Both the position numbers and the translations under genes were made by a program. Shown one piece after another: positions 40,801 through 54,300 of a DNA stretch of 64,000 bases. The DNA is from Eledone cirrhosa (lineage: Eukaryota): NCBI GenBank assembly GCA_964016885.1, contig CAXHJY010000096.1:496001-560000 (forward strand), given 5' to 3'. The notes beneath the pieces are model-generated. The model saw only the letters and a list, made by a program, of their open reading frames with translations, searched no databases and had not been told where the DNA came from. Position 1 is the first letter of the stretch, and each line of letters starts with the position of its first letter.

Positions 40801-42875
40801 ATTTCCAGCCGTCCAAGGGAAGATAATTTCCAGCCGTCCAAGGGAAGATAATTTCCAGCCCTCCAAGGGGCTATAATTTCCAGCGTCCAAGGGGAGATAA
40901 TTTCCAGCCAGCGAAGGGGAGATAATTTTTTTTTTTTAAATCAGGGGGAGATAATTTGTAAAAAAAATCAGGGGGAGATAATTTGTAAAAAAAAATCAGG
41001 GGGAGATAATTTGTAAAAAAAAATCAGGGGGAGATAATTTGTAAAAAAAATCAAGGGGAGATAATTTCCAGCCGTGCAAGGGGAGATAATTTCCAGCCGT
41101 CCAAGGGGAGATAATTTACATCCTTCCAAGGGGAGATAATTTCCAGCCGTCCAAGGGGAGATAATTTCCCGCCAGCCAAGGGAAGAAAATTTTTAAAAAA
41201 ATCAGGGGGAGATAATTTGTAAAAAAAAAATCAGGGGGAGATAATTTGTAAAAAAAAATCAAGGGGAGATAATTTGTAAAAAAAATCAGGGGGAGATAAT
41301 TTGTAAAAAAATCAGGGGGAGATAATTTGTAAAAAAAAAATCAGGGGGAGATAATTTGTAAAAAAAAATCAAGGGGAGATAATTTGTAAAAAAAAATCAG
41401 GGGGAGATAATTTGTAAAAAAAATCAGGGGGAGATAATTTGTAAAAAAATCAGGGGGAGATAATTTGTAAAAAAAAATCAGGGGGAGATAATTTGTAAAA
41501 AAAAATCAGGGGGAGATAATTTGTAAAAAAAATCAGGGGGAGATAATTTGTAAAAAAAATCAGGGGGAGATAATTTGTAAAAAAAATCAAGGGGAGATAA
41601 TTTGCAGCCGTCCAAGGGGAGATAATTTTCAGCCGTCCAAGGAGAGGTAATTTCTAGCCGTCCAAGGGGAGATAATTTCCAGCCGTCCAAGGGGAGATAA
41701 TTTCCAGCCGTCCAAGGGGAGATAATTTTTTTTTAAAAATCAGGCGGAGATAATTTGTAAAAAAAAAAATCAGGGGGAGATAATTTGTAAAAAAAAATCA
41801 GGGGGAGATAATTTGTAAAAAAAAATCAGGGAGAGATAATTTGTAAAAAAAATCAAGGGGAGATAATTTCCAGCCGTCCAAGGGAAGATAATTTCCAGCC
41901 CTCCAAGGGGCTATAATTTCCAGCGTCCAAGGGGAGATAATTTCCAGCCAGCGAAGGGGAGATAATTTTTTTTTAAAAAATCATGCGGGGATAATTTGTA
42001 AAAAAAATCAGGGGGAGATAATTTGTAAAAAAAATCAAGGGGAGATAATTTCCAGCCGTCCAAAGAGAGATAATTTCTAGCCGTCCAAGGGGAGATAATT
42101 TCCAGCCGTCCAAGGGGAGATAATTTCCCGCCAGCCAAGGGAAGATAATTTTTTAAAAAATCAGGCGGAGATTGTAAAAAAAATCAGGGGGAGATAATTT
42201 GTAAAAAAATCAGGGGGAGATAATTTGTAAAAAAAAAATCAGGGGGAGATAATTTGTAAAAAAAAATCAGAGGGAGATAATTTGTAAAAAAAAATCAGGG
42301 GGAGATAATTTGTAAAAAAAATCAGGGGTAGATAATTTGTAAAAAAAATCAGGGGGAGATAATTTGTAAAAAAAAATCAGGGGGAGATAATTTGTAAAAA
42401 AAATCAAGGGGAGATAATTTCCAGCCGTCCAAGGGAAGATAATTTCCAGCCGTCCAAGGGAAGATAATTTCCAGCCCTCCAAGGGGCTATAATTTCCAGC
42501 GTCCAAGGGGAGATAATTTCCAGCCAGCGAAGGGGAGATAATTTTTTTTTTAAAAATCAGGGGGAGATAATTTGTAAAAAAAATCAGGGGGAGATAATTT
42601 GTAAAAAAAAATCAGGGGGAGATAATTTGTAAAAAAAAATCAGGGGGAGATAATTTGTAAAAAAAATTAAGGGGAGATAATTTTCAGCCGTCCAAGGGAA
42701 GATAATTTCCAGCCCTCCAAGGGGCTATAATTTCCAGCGTCCAAGGGGAGATAATTTCCAGCCAGCGAAGGGGAGATAATTTTTTTTTTTTAAATCATGC
42801 GGGGATAATTTGTAAAAAAAATCAGGGGGAGATAATTTGTAAAAAAAATCAGGGGTAGATAATTTGTAAAAAAAA

Positions 42876-45340
42876 TCAGGGGGAGATAATTTGTAAAAAA
42901 AAATCAGGGGGAGATAATTTGTAAAAAAAAATCAGGGGGAGATAATTTGTAAAAAAAATCAAGGGGAGATAATTTCCAGCCGTCCAAGGGAAGATAATTT
43001 CCAGCCGTCCAAGGGAAGATAATTTCCAGCCCTCCAAGGGGCTATAATTTCCAGCGTCCAAGGGGAGATAATTTCCAGCCAGCCAAGGGGAGATAATTTT
43101 TTTTTAAAAAATCAGGGGGAGATAATTTGTAAAAAAAATCAGGGGGAGATAATTTGTAAAAAAAAATCAGGGGGAGATAATTTGTAAAAAAAAATCAGGG
43201 GGAGATAATTTGTAAAAAAAATCAAGGGGAGATAATTTCCAGCCGTGCAAGGGGAGATAATTTCCAGCCGTCCAAGGGGAGATAATTTACATCCTTCCAA
43301 GGGGAGATAATTTCCAGCCGTCCAAGGGGAGATAATTTCCCGCCAGCCAAGGGAAGATAATTTTTAAAAAAATCAGGGGGAGATAATTTGTAAAAAAAAA
43401 ATCAGGGGGAGATAATTTGTAACAAAAAATCAAGGGGAGATAATTTGTAAAAAAAATCAGGGGGAGATAATTTGTAAAAAAAATCAGGGGGAGATAATTT
43501 GTAAAAAAATCAGGGGGAGATAATTTGTAAAAAAAAATCAGGGGGAGATAATTTGTAAAAAAAAATCAAGGGGAGATAATTTGTAAAAAAAAATCAGGGG
43601 GAGATAATTTGTAAAAAAAAATCAGGGGGAGATAATTTGTAAAAAAAATCAAGGGGAGATAATTTGCAGCCGTCGAAGGGGAGATAATTTTCAGCCGTCC
43701 AAGGAGAGATAATTTCTAGCCGTCCAAGGGGAGATAATTTCCAGCCGTCCAAGGGGAGATAATTTCCAGCCGTCCAAGGGGAGATAATTTTTTTTAAAAA
43801 ATCAAGCGGAGATAATTTGTAAAAAAAAAATCAGGGGGAGATAATTTGTAAAAAAAAATCAGGGGGAGATAATTTGTAAAAAAAAATCAGGGGGAGATAA
43901 TTTGTAAAAAAAATCAAGGGGAGATAATTTCCAGCCGTCCAAGGGAAGATAATTTCCAGCCGTCCAAGGGAAGATAATTTCCAGCCCTCCAAGGGGCTAT
44001 AATTTCCAGCGTCCAAGGGGAGATAATTTCCAGCCAGCGAAGGGGAGATAATTTTTTTTTAAAAAATCAGGGGGAGATAATTTGTAAAAAAAATCAGGGG
44101 GAGATAATTTGTAAAAAAAAATCAGGGGGAGATAATTTGTAAAAAAAAATCAGGGGGAGATAATTTGTAAAAAAAATCAAGGGGAGATAATTTCCAGCCG
44201 TGCAAGGGGAGATAATTTCCAGCCGTCCAAGGGGAGATAATTTACATCCTTCCAAGGGGAGATAATTTCCAGCCGTCCAAGGGGAGATAATTTCCCGCCA
44301 GCCAAGGGAAGATAATTTTTAAAAAAATCAGGGGGAGATAATTTGTAAAAAAAAAATCAGGGGGAGATAATTTGTAACAAAAAATCAAGGGGAGATAATT
44401 TGTAAAAAAAATCAGGGGGAGATAATTTGTAAAAAAAATCAGGGGGAGATAATTTGTAAAAAAATCAGGGGGAGATAATTTGTAAAAAAAAATCAGGGGG
44501 AGATAATTTGTAAAAAAAAATCAAGGGGAGATAATTTGTAAAAAAAAATCAGGGGGAGATAATTTGTAAAAAAAAATCAGGGGGAGATAATTTGTAAAAA
44601 AAATCAAGGGGAGATAATTTGCAGCCGTCGAAGGGGAGATAATTTTCAGCCGTCCAAGGAGAGATAATTTCTAGCCGTCCAAGGGGAGATAATTTCCAGC
44701 CGTCCAAGGGGAGATAATTTCCAGCCGTCCAAGGGGAGATAATTTTTTTTAAAAAATCAAGCGGAGATAATTTGTAAAAAAAAAATCAGGGGGAGATAAT
44801 TTGTAAAAAAAAATCAGGGGGAGATAATTTGTAAAAAAAAATCAGGGGGAGATAATTTGTAAAAAAAATCAAGGGGAGATAATTTCCAGCCGTCCAAGGG
44901 AAGATAATTTCCAGCCGTCCAAGGGAAGATAATTTCCAGCCCTCCAAGGGGCTATAATTTCCAGCGTCCAAGGGGAGATAATTTCCAGCCAGCGAAGGGG
45001 AGATAATTTTTTTTTATAAAATCAGGGGGAGATAATTTGTAAAAAAAATCAGGGGGAGATAATTTGTAAAAAAAAATCAGGGGGAGATAATTTGTAAAAA
45101 AAAATCAGGGGGAGATAATTTGTAAAAAAAATCAAGGGGAGATAATTTCCAGCCGTGCAAGGGGAGATAATTTCCAGCCGTCCAAGGGGAGATAATTTAC
45201 ATCCTTCCAAGGGGAGATAATTTCCAGCCGTCCAAGGGGAGATAATTTCCCGCCAGCCAAGGGAAGATAATTTTTAAAAAAATCAGGGGGAGATAATTTG
45301 TAAAAAAAAAATCAGGGGGAGATAATTTGTAAAAAAAAAT
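42876..45340 (+). repeat. 955-bp tandem HOR (R-P-Q unit), ~2.5 copies
   Basis: ORF starts 42876, 43831 and 44786 (955 apart). The GTAACAAAAAA and GTCGAAGG markers repeat at the same period. Confidence 0.92.
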
Positions 45341-48300
45341 CAAGGGGGAGATAATTTGTAAAAAAATCAAGGGGGAGATAATTTGTAAAAAAAATCAGGG
45401 GGAGATAATTTGTAAAAAAAATCAGGGGGAGATAATTTGTAAAAAAAAATCAGGGGGAGATAACTTGTAAAAAAAATCAGGGGGAGATAATTTGTAAAAA
45501 AAATCAGGGGGAGATAATTTGTAAAAAAAAATCAGGGGGAGATAATTTGTAAAAAAAAATCAGGGGGAGATAATTTGTAAAAAAAATCAGGGGGAGATAA
45601 TTTGTAAAAAAAATCAGGGGGAGATAATTTGTAAAAAAAATCAAGGGGAGATAATTTGCAGCCGTCCAAGGGGAGATAATTTTCAGCCGTCCAAGGAGAG
45701 GTAATTTCTAGCCGTCCAAGGGGAGATAATTTCCAGCCGTCCAAGGGGAGATAATTTCCAGCCGTCCAAGGGGAGATAATTTTTTTTTTAAAATCAGGCG
45801 GAGATAATTTGTAAAAAAAAAAATCAGGGGGAGATAATTTGTAAAAAAAAATCAGGGGGAGATAATTTGTAAAAAAAAATCAGGGGGAGATAATTTGTAA
45901 GAAAAATCAAGGGGAGATAATTTCCAGCCGTCCAAGGGAAGATAATTTCCAGCCCTCCAAGGGGCTATAATTTCCAGCGTCCAAGGGGAGATAATTTCCA
46001 GCCAGCGAAGGGGAGATAATTTTTTTTTTAAAAATCATGCGGGGATAATTTGTAAAAAAAATCAGGGGGAGATAATTTGTAAAAAAAATCAAGGGGAGAT
46101 AATTTCCAGCCGTCCAAAGAGAGATAATTTCTAGCCGTCCAAGGGGAGATAATTTCCAGCCGTCCAAGGGGAGATAATTTCCCGCCAGCCAAGGGAAGAT
46201 AATTTTTTAAAAAATCAGGCGGAGATTGTAAAAAAAATCAGGGGGAGATAATTTGTAAAAAAATCAGGGGGAGATAATTTGTAAAAAAAAAATCAGGGGG
46301 AGATAATTTGTAAAAAAAAATCAGAGGGAGATAATTTGTAAAAAAAAATCAGGGGGAGATAATTTGTAAAAAAAATCAGGGGTAGATAATTTGTAAAAAA
46401 AATCAGGGGGAGATAATTTGTAAAAAAAAATCAGGGGGAGATAATTTGTAAAAAAAATCAAGGGGAGATAATTTCCAGCCGTCCAAGGGAAGATAATTTC
46501 CAGCCGTCCAAGGGAAGATAATTTCCAGCCCTCCAAGGGGCTATAATTTCCAGCGTCCAAGGGGAGATAATTTCCAGCCAGCGAAGGGGAGATAATTTTT
46601 TTTTTAAAAATCATGCGGGGATAATTTGTAAAAAAAATCAGGGGGAGATAATTTGTAAAAAAAATCAAGGGGAGATAATTTCCAGCCGTCCAAAGAGAGA
46701 TAATTTCTAGCCGTCCAAGGGGAGATAATTTCCAGCCGTCCAAGGGGAGATAATTTCCCGCCAGCCAAAGGAAGATAATTTTTTAAAAAATCAGGCGGAG
46801 ATTGTAAAAAAAATCAGGGGGAGATAATTTGTAAAAAAAATCAGGGGGAGATAATTTGTAAAAAAAATCAGGGGGAGATAATTTGTAAAAAAAATCAGGG
46901 GGAGATAATTTGTAAAAAAAAATCAGGGGGAGATAATTTGTAAAAAAAATCAAGGGGAGATAATTTGCAGCCGTCCAAGGGGAGATAATTTTCAGCCGTC
47001 CAAGGAGAGGTAATTTCTAGCCGTCCAAGGGGAGATAATTTCCAGCCGTCCAAGGGGAGATAATTTCCAGCCGTTCAAGGGGAGATAATTTTTTTAAAAA
47101 AATCAGGCGGAGATAATTTGTAAAAAAAAAATCAGGGGGAGATAATTTGTAAAAAAAAATCAGTGGGAGATAATTTGTAAAAAAAAATCAGGGGGAGATA
47201 ATTTGTAAAAAAAAATCAGGGGGAGATAATTTGTAAAAAAATCAAGGGGAGATAATTTCCAGCCGGTCAAGGGGAGATAATTTTCAGCCGTCCAAGGAGA
47301 GGTAATTTCTAGCCGTCCAAGGGGAGATAATTTCCAGCCGTCCAAGGGGAGATAATTTCCAGCCGTCCAAGGGGAGATAATTTCCAGCCGTCCAAGGAGA
47401 CATATTTTCCAGCCGTCCAAGGAGAGGTAATTTCTAGCCGTCCTAGGGGAGATAAATTCCTGCCTCCAAGGGGAGATAATTTCCAGCCAGCCAAGGGGAG
47501 ATAATTTGTAAAAAAATCAGGGGGAGATAATTTGTAAAAAAAATCAGGGGGAGATAATTTGTAAAAAAAAATCAGGGGGAGATAATTTGTAAAAAAAAAT
47601 CAGGGGAGATAATTTGTAAAAAAAATCAGGGGAAGATAATTTGTAAAAAAAATCAAGGGGAGATAATTTCCAGCCGTCCAAGGGGAGATAATTTTCAGCC
47701 GTCCAAGGAGAGGTAATTTCTAGCCGTCCAAGGAGAGATAATTTCCAGCCGTCCAAGGGGAGATAATTTCCAGCCGTCCAAGGGGAGATGATTTTTTAAA
47801 AAAAATCAGGCGGAGATAAGTTGTTAAAAAAAATCAGGGGGAGATAATTTGTAAAAAAAAATCAGGGGGAGATAATTTGTAAAAAAAAATCAGGGGGAGA
47901 TAATTTGTAAAAAAAATCAAGGGGAGATAATTTCCAGCCGTCCAAGGGAAGATAATTTCCAGCCCTCCAAGGGGCTATAATTTCCAGCGTCCAAGGGGAG
48001 ATAATTTCCAGCCAGCGAAGGGGAGATAATTTTTAAAAAAAAATCACTGGGATATTTGTAAAAAAAATCAGGGGGAGATAATTTGTAAAAAAAATCAAGG
48101 GGAGATAATTTCCAGCCGTCCAAAGAGAGATAATTTCTAGCCGTCCAAGGGGAGATAATTTCCAGCCTTCCAAGGGGAGATAATTTTTTAAAAAATCAGG
48201 TGGAGATAATTTGTAAAAAAAATCAGTGGAAGATAATTTGTAAAAACAAAATCAAGGGCAGATAATTTCCAGCCGTCCAAGGGGAGATAATTTCCCGCCA

Positions 48301-51300
48301 GCCAAGGGAAGATAATATTTAAAAAAATCAGGCGGAGATAATTTGTAAAAAAAATCAGGGGGAGATAATTTGTAAAAAAATCAGGGGGAGATAATTTGTA
48401 AAAGAAAAATCAGGGGGAGATAATTTGTAAAAAAAATCAGGGGGAGATAATTTGTAAAAAAAATCAGGGGTAGATAATTTGTAAAAAAAAATCAGGGGGA
48501 GATAATTTGTAAAAAAAAATCAGGGGGAGATAATTTGTAAAAAAAATCAAGGGGAGATAATTTGCAGCCGTCCAAGGGGAGATAATTTTCAGCCGTCCAA
48601 GGAGAGATAATTTCTAGCCGTCCAAGGGGAGATAATTTCCAGCCGTCCAAGGGGAGATAATTTCCAGCCGTCCAAGGGGAGATAATTTTTTTTTAAAAAT
48701 CAAGCGGAGATAATTTGTAAAAAAAAAATCAGGGGGAGATAATTTGTAAAAAAAAATCAGGGGGAGATAATTTGTAAAAAAAAATCAGGGGGAGATAATT
48801 TGTAAAAAAAAATCAAGGGGAGATAATTTCCAGCCGTCCAAGGGAAGATAATTTCCAGCCGTCCAAGGGAAGATAATTTCCAGCCCTTCAAGGGGCTATA
48901 ATTTCCAGCGTCCAAGGGGAGATAATTTCCAGCCAGCGAAGGGGAGATAATTTTTTTTTTAAAAATCAGGGGGAGATAATTTGTAAAAAAAATCAGGGGG
49001 AGATAATTTGTAAAAAAAAATCAGGGGGAGATAATTTGTAAAAAAAAATCAGGGGGAGATAATTTGTAAAAAAAATCAAGGGGAGATAATTTCAAGCCGT
49101 GCAAGGGGAGATAATTTCCAGCCGTCCAAGGGGAGATAATTTACATCCTTCCAAGGGGAGATAATTTCCCGCCAGCCAAGGGAAGATAATTTTTAAAAAA
49201 ATCAGGGGGAGATAATTTGTAAAAAAAAAATCAGGGGGAGATAATTTGTAAAAAAAAATCAAGGGGAGATAATTTGTAAAAAAAATCAGGGGGAGATAAT
49301 TTGTAAAAAAAAAATCAGGGGGAGATAATTTGTAAAAAAAAATCAAGGGGAGATAATTTGTAAAAAAAATCAGGGGGAGATAATTTGTAAAAAAAATCAG
49401 GGGGAGATAATTTGTAAAAAAATCAGGGGGAGATAATTTGTAAAAAAAAAATCAGGGGGAGATAATTTGTAAAAAAAATCAAGGGGAGATAATTTGTAAA
49501 AAAAAATCAGGGGGAGATAATTTGTAAAAAAAAATCAGGGGGAGATAATTTGTAAAAAAAATCAAGGGGAGATAATTTGCAGCCGTCCAAGGGGAGATAA
49601 TTTTCAGCCGTCCAAGGAGAGATAATTTCTAGCCGTCCAAGGGGAGATAATTTCCAGCCGTCCAAGGGGAGATAATTTCCAGCCGTCCAAGGGGAGATAA
49701 TTTTTTTTAAAAAATCAAGCGGAGATAATTTGTAAAAAAAAAATCAGGGGGAGATAATTTGTAAAAAAAAATCAGGGGGAGATAATTTGTAAAAAAAAAT
49801 CAGGGGGAGATAATTTGTAAAAAAAATCAAGGGGAGATAATTTCCAGCCGTCCAAGGGAAGATAATTTCCAGCCGTCCAAGGGAAGATAATTTCCAGCCC
49901 TCCAAGGGGCTATAATTTCCAGCGTCCAAGGGGAGATAATTTCCAGCCAGCGAAGGGGAGATAATTTTTTTTTTTTAAATCAGGGGGAGATAATTTGTAA
50001 AAAAAATCAGTGGGAGATAATTTGTAAAAAAAAATCAGGGGGAGATAATTTGTAAAAAAAAATCAGGGGGAGATAATTTGTAAAAAAAATCAAAGGGAGA
50101 TAATTTCCAGCCGTGCAAGGGGAGATAATTTCCAGCCGTCCAAGGGGAGATAATTTACATCCTTCCAAGGGGAGATAATTTCCAGCCGTCCAAGGGGAGA
50201 TAATTTCCCGCCAGCCAAGGGAAGATAATTTTTAAAAAAATCAGGGGGAGATAATTTGTAAAAAATAAAAAAATCAAGGGGAGATAATTTGTAAAAAAAA
50301 TCAGGGGGAGATAATTTGTAAAAAAAATCAGGGGGAGATAATTTGTAAAAAAATCAGGGGGAGATAATTTGTAAAAAAAAAATCAGGGGGAGATAATTTG
50401 TAAAAAAAAATCAAGGGGAGATAATTTGTAAAAAAAAATCAGGGGGAGATAATTTGTAAAAAAAATCAGGGGGAGATAATTTGTAAAAAAATCAGGGGGA
50501 GATAATTTGTAAAAAAAAATCAGGGGGAGATAATTTGTAAAAAAAAATCAGGGGGAGATAATTTGTAAAAAAAATCAGGGGGAGATAATTTGTAAAAAAA
50601 ATCAAGGGGAGATAATTTGCAGCCGTCCAAGGGGAGATAATTTTCAGCCGTCCAAGGAGAGGTAATTTCTAGCCGTCCAAGGGGAGATAATTTCCAGCCG
50701 TCCAAGGGGAGATAATTTCCAGCCGTCCAAGGGGAGATAATTTTTTTTTAAAAATCAGGCGGAGATAATTTGTAAAAAAAAAAATCAGGGGGAGATAATT
50801 TGTAAAAAAAAATCAGGGGGAGATAATTTGTAAAAAAAAATCAGGGGGAGATAATTTGTAAAAAAAATCAAGGGGAGATAATTTCCAGCCGTCCAAGGGA
50901 AGATAATTTCCAGCCCTCCAAGGGGCTATAATTTCCAGCGTCCAAGGGGAGATAATTTCCAGCCAGCGAAGGGGAGATAATTTTTTTTTAAAAAATCATG
51001 CGGGGATAATTTGTAAAAAAAATCAGGGGGAGATAATTTGTAAAAAAAATCAAGGGGAGATAATTTCCAGCCGTCCAAAGAGAGATAATTTCTAGCCGTC
51101 CAAGGGGAGATAATTTCCAGCCGTCCAAGGGGAGATAATTTCCCGCCAGCCAAGGGAAGATAATTTTTTAAAAAATCAGGCGGAGATTGTAAAAAAAATC
51201 AGGGGGAGATAATTTGTAAAAAAATCAGGGGGAGATAATTTGTAAAAAAAAAATCAGGGGGAGATAATTTGTAAAAAAAAATCAGAGGGAGGTAATTTGT

Positions 51301-54300
51301 AAAAAAAAATCAGGGGGAGATAATTTGTAAAAAAAATCAGGGGTAGATAATTTGTAAAAAAAATCAGGGGGAGATAATTTGTAAAAAAAAATCAGGGGGA
51401 GATAATTTGTAAAAAAAATCAAGGGGAGATAATTTCCAGCCGTCCAAGGGAAGATAATTTCCAGCCGTCCAAGGGAAGATAATTTCCAGCCCTCCAAGGG
51501 GCTATAATTTCCAGCGTCCAAGGGGAGATAATTTCCAGCCAGCGAAGGGGAGATAATTTTTTTTTTAAAAATCAGGGGTAGATAATTTGTAAAAAAAATC
51601 AGGGGGAGATAATTTGTAAAAAAAATCAGGGGGAGATAATTTGTAAAAAAAATCAAGGGGAGATAATTTCCAGCCGTGCAAGGGGAGATAATTTCCAGCC
51701 GTCCAAGGGGAGATAATTTACATCCTTCCAAGGGGAGATAATTTCCAGCCGTCCAAGGGGAGATAATTTCCCGCCAGCCAAGGGAAGATAATTTTTAAAA
51801 AAATCAGGGGGAGATAATTTGTAAAAAAAATCAGGGGGAGATAATTTGTAAAAAAAATCAGGGGGAGATAATTTGTAAAAAAAATCAGGGGGAGATAATT
51901 TGTAAAAAAAAATCAGGGGGAGATAATTTGTAAAAAAAATCAGGGGGAGATAATTTGTAAAAAAAATCAAGGGGAGATAATTTGCAGCCGTCCAAGGGGA
52001 GATAATTTTCAGCCGTCCAAGGAGAGGTAATTTCTAGCCGTCCAAGGCGAGATAATTTCCAGCCGTCCAAGGGGAGATAATTTCCAGCCGTCCAAGGGGA
52101 GATAATTTTTTTAAAAAAATCAGGCGGAGATAATTTGTAAAAAAAAAATCAGGGGGAGATAATTTGTAAAAAAAAATCAGTGGGAGATAATTTGTAAAAA
52201 AAAATCAGGGGGAGATAATTTGTAAAAAAAATCAAGGGGAGATAATTTCCAGCCGTCCAAGGGAAGATAATTTCCAGCCCTCCAAGGGGCTATAATTTCC
52301 AGCGTCCAAGGGGAGATAATTTCCAGCCAGCGAAGGGGAGATAATTTTTTTTAAAAAAATCATGGGGGGATAATTTGTAAAAAAAAATCAGGGGGAGATA
52401 ATTTGTAAAAAAAAATCAGGGGAGATAATTTGTAAAAAAAATCAGGGGGAGATAATTTGTAAAAAAAAATCAGGGGAAGATAATTTGTAAAAAAAATCAA
52501 GCGGAGATAATTTGCAGCCGTCCAAGGGGAGATAATTTCCCGCCAGCCAAGGAGAGATAATATTTAAAAAAATCAGGCGGAGATAATTTGTAAAAAAAAT
52601 CAGGGGGAGATAATTTGTAAAAAAAATCAGGGGGAGATAATTTCCAGCCGTCCAAGGGGAGATAATTTTCAGCCGTCCAAGGAGAGGTAATTTCTAGCCG
52701 TCCAAGGGGAGATAATTTCCAGCCGTCCAAGGGAAGATAATTTCCAGCCCTCCAAGGGGCTATAATTTCCAGCGTCCAAGGGGAGATAATTTCCAGCCAG
52801 CGAAGGGGAGATAATTTTTTTTTTAAAAATCAGGGGGAGATAATTTGTAAAAAAAATCAGGGGGAGATAATTTGTAAAAAAAAATCAGGGGGAGATAATT
52901 TGTAAAAAAAAATCAGGGGGAGATAATTTGTAAAAAAAATCAAGGGGAGATAATTTCCAGCCGTGCAAGGGGAGATAATTTCCAGCCGTCCAAGGGGAGA
53001 TAATTTACATCCTTCCAAGGGGAGATAATTTCCAGCCGTCCAAGGGGAGATAATTTCCCGCCAGCCAAGGGAAGATAATTTTTAAAAAAATCAGGGGGAG
53101 TTAATTTGTAAAAAAAAAATCAGGGGGAGATAATTTGTAAAAAAAAATCAAGGGGAGATAATTTGTAAAAAAAATCAGGGGGAGATAATTTGTAAAAAAA
53201 ATCAGGGGGAGATAATTTGTAAAAAAATCAGGGGGAGATAATTTGTAAAAAAAAATCAGGGGGAGATAATTTGTAAAAAAAAATCAAGGGGAGATAATTT
53301 GTAAAAAAAAATCAGGGGGAGATAATTTGTAAAAAAAAATCAGGGGGAGATAATTTGTAAAAAAAATCAAGGGGAGATAATTTGCAGCCGTCGAAGGGGA
53401 GATAATTTTCAGCCGTCCAAGGAGAGATAATTTCTAGCCGTCCAAGGGGAGATAATTTCCAGCCGTCCAAGGGGAGATAATTTCCAGCCGTCCAAGGGGA
53501 GATAATTTTTTTTAAAAAATCAAGCGGAGATAATTTGTAAAAAAAAAATCAGGGGGAGATAATTTGTAAAAAAAAATCAGGGGGAGATAATTTGTAAAAA
53601 AAAATCAGGGGGAGATAATTTGTAAAAAAAATCAAGGGGAGATAATTTCCAGCCGTCCAAGGGAAGATAATTTCCAGCCGTCCAAGGGAAGATAATTTCC
53701 AGCCCTCCAAGGGGCTATAATTTCCAGCGTCCAAGGGGAGATAATTTCCAGCCAGCGAAGGGGAGATAATTTTTTTTTATAAAATCAGGGGGAGATAATT
53801 TGTAAAAAAAATCAGGGGGAGATAATTTGTAAAAAAAAATCAGGGGGAGATAATTTGTAAAAAAAAATCAGGGGGAGATAATTTGTAAAAAAAATCAAGG
53901 GGAGATTATTTCCAGCCGTGCAAGGGGAGATAATTTCCAGCCGTCCAAGGGGAGATAATTTACATCCTTCCAAGGGGAGATAATTTCCAGCCGTCCAAGG
54001 GGAGATAATTTCCCGCCAGCCAAGGGAAGATAATTTTTAAAAAAATCAGGGGGAGATAATTTGTAAAAAAAAAATCAGGGGGAGATAATTTGTAAAAAAA
54101 AATCAAGGGGAGATAATTTGTAAAAAAAATCAGGGGGAGATAATTTGTAAAAAAAATCAGGGGGAGATAATTTGTAAAAAAATCAGGGGGAGATAATTTG
54201 TAAAAAAAAATCAGGGGGAGATAATTTGTAAAAAAAAATCAAGGGGAGATAATTTGTAAAAAAAAATCAGGGGGAGATAATTTGTAAAAAAAATCAGGGG